Positions 62,149-64,000 of a DNA stretch of 64,000 nucleotides are shown here, piece by piece. The notes under the pieces were generated by a model that worked only from the letters and a program-made list of their open reading frames with translations, was not told the origin of the DNA and did not search any database. Made by a program: the position numbers and the translations under genes. The stretch is from assembly GCF_018350175.1 (NCBI RefSeq), contig NC_058368.1, positions 42,224,001 through 42,288,000 on the forward strand, read 5' to 3'. Each line of letters begins with the position of its first letter. Within the stretch, counting starts at the first letter, position 1. Origin of the DNA: Felis catus (taxonomy: Eukaryota).

Positions 62149-64000
62149 CTGAAAGAGATTACCAAATAATTGTGACAAACTACTCCACATTCAGGGTGTC
62201 TATTGAGAGACATGGCTGTTTGCTAAGAGTCTAATCAAAGGAGTACCATTTGAACTAGCAAGCATCTATACTCATAGGTACATGCATTAATATGCAGCCT
62301 TTACCAAAAAAAGAAAAAAAAATCCCCAGGATACACAAATCGTCAAAATTTTTAAGCGAAGCTAAAGAAATCTCAAATGTAGTTATTTTATTTTTACCCT
62401 TTCTTTTTTTAAGCAATATGTTCTTATGATTTGGGTAACTAAATCTTACATGGTGCTACTCCTTGTGTGACATATTATTCAAGTGCTTGATATATACAAT
62501 ACACATGGTAACAGAGTTATTATTATTTTTCTCACTTACAGATGAGGAAGATTAGGCGTACAAAATACACTTCTCAAGGTTGGGTTGTTACCCAGCTTTC
62601 TAGGACCAAGCCCCATACCTTCTCTACTACATGCATGGCCTTTATAAATGATACATTTGAAACAGACAAAATTGAAAAACTAAAAGTTTAAGGTCCTAAA
62701 ATATTACGTCACTTTTCTTCTGTACCAAATATCAAGATTCTTTGAAACAAGTTAACGAAAATAATTCACTTGGAAAAGGATGTGAATTGTGGAAAGTAAA
62801 ATATTGAATTATGGCTTGGGCTTTCTCCATGAAAATATTAAAATGGTTGTTTTCCATATTCCTTACATAATTTTTATATGAAAATAAGATATTATTCACT
62901 TCCTGTTATCCTTGCTTCCTTCTTTCCTAAATCTCTTATTAGATTCAAGGCAAGGAATATTTATAAGTATTGCTGTTTGGCCACTTATTAAACATAACAT
63001 TGGGATTTCTAAGGTTTCTACATTAATAAAAGATACCGTAATGCCTCCAAAAAAGGTTCACCATTGGTATATAACCTTTCCTCTCCTATATGACTACAAC
63101 ATATGCACAGATTTGTATGACATAAGTAGGGAAGATACTATTTTTTCACACTAGTATGCCACATTTCAATTAACTAATGAAATTTTACTTTTCCCATGCC
63201 AAAGAATAATCTATTAGAAAATGACTTTTAAATACATTTTAAAAGCAAGTTAATTTTAGAATTTAGTGTAAGTTCAGTATGTTTTTACCTCAAGACCACC
63301 ATTTTATATATTTAAATATATTTTTAAACACATTACATTCCTTAAGACTTCTTATTTTGAAATAATTTTAAACACGGAAAAGGTGGGGAATAAACACCAA
63401 AAAACACTTCCAGGATTCCCTTCATTACAATTTCAAATATATCAGTTAATTACCTCATTGTTGGTTGGTTTAAGGGAAATAGCAATATGACAGACTAGGA
63501 AGACATGACTCTCAAACCCAAACCCAAACTTTTTCGCATGAAAAACACTATTGTGTTCCTGTCTTCTGTATAAACAGTATCATTTCAACCCTGTTCAAAA
63601 CTTACCTCCTCTAGGAACTTTTCATGAGTAAGTAAACAGGTAGCAATAGCCATTTTAAACTCTGCTTTTAACCTAAGTAACTTTAAGGTGTACTCTGTAA
63701 AATGCTGCCCTGCCAGTGTTAATTCCTGGCCTGTGCCTAAGTTTGTCTGAACAACTTCCCTGTTAATTATGAAGTACTGACTGTTTCTCATATCTCTCCA
63801 CAGTGGCTCCCTTAGCTTTCTAAAGAAAAAAGCTTAGACCTTAAAACAGTTATTTTCATTTGTGATGTTCCTAAACATTTTAATCATTCAATTCCTTTCC
63901 CTAGTCCTTCTAACTTTTCATGCTGTTTAATCTTTTTTAAAACGTCTCATGTTTGTGCTATGCAGTTTTTCTCCCTAGAATCATTTCAATTCTTGTGGCC
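62149..64000 (-). other. PCDH9: 3' end of PCDH9 intron upstream of the cassette exon
   Basis: Ends in a short pyrimidine tract and the AG acceptor (62150-62149). Confidence 0.85.
62440..62630 (-). mobile_element. MIR
   Basis: tattattttt...cttacagatgaggaagattagg...cttctcaagg. Confidence 0.6.

Noticed and set aside
63600..63700. Possible 89-nt minus-strand exon ending GAG|GTAAGT
   Set aside because: Weak acceptor, frameshifting length, no known PCDH9 peptide; chance-level.
1..64000. CRISPR arrays, operons, prokaryotic or phage systems, intact ERV or L1 ORFs
   Set aside because: The sequence is mammalian intron. The recurrent ~200-bp repeats are dispersed SINEs with individual TSDs, not regularly spaced arrays, and no long ORF exists.

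Overview
AT-rich mammalian genomic DNA from a felid: it carries about 25 tRNA-derived CanSINEs, several of the young cat-type (SINEC_Fc) form. The only protein-coding sequence I can support is one 102-nt phase-0 exon on the minus strand (62047-62148, [34 protein letters not shown]). I recognise it as the alternatively spliced cytoplasmic-domain cassette exon of protocadherin-9 (PCDH9). The rest of the window is therefore PCDH9 intron: about 62 kb of the downstream intron and about 1.9 kb of the upstream intron. It is filled with CanSINEs (most with readable target-site duplications, some nested), carnivore and older L1 3' ends, solo LTRs (MLT1, MER31-like, MER67-like), a full-length MER82 Tigger-type element, hAT/MER5 relics, MIR and L2 fragments, and microsatellites. 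Almost all ORFs in the supplied track are chance or repeat-derived frames. I found no convincing novel biological system. The best leads are a decayed C2H2 zinc-finger-like relic (~19050-20110), two non-repeat GC-richer islands (one with an AP-1/TATA/donor layout antisense to PCDH9), candidate splice-regulatory or recursive splice sites, and inverted near-identical SINE pairs. Repeat family names and the gene call come from my recall of consensus and protein sequences, not from a database search.
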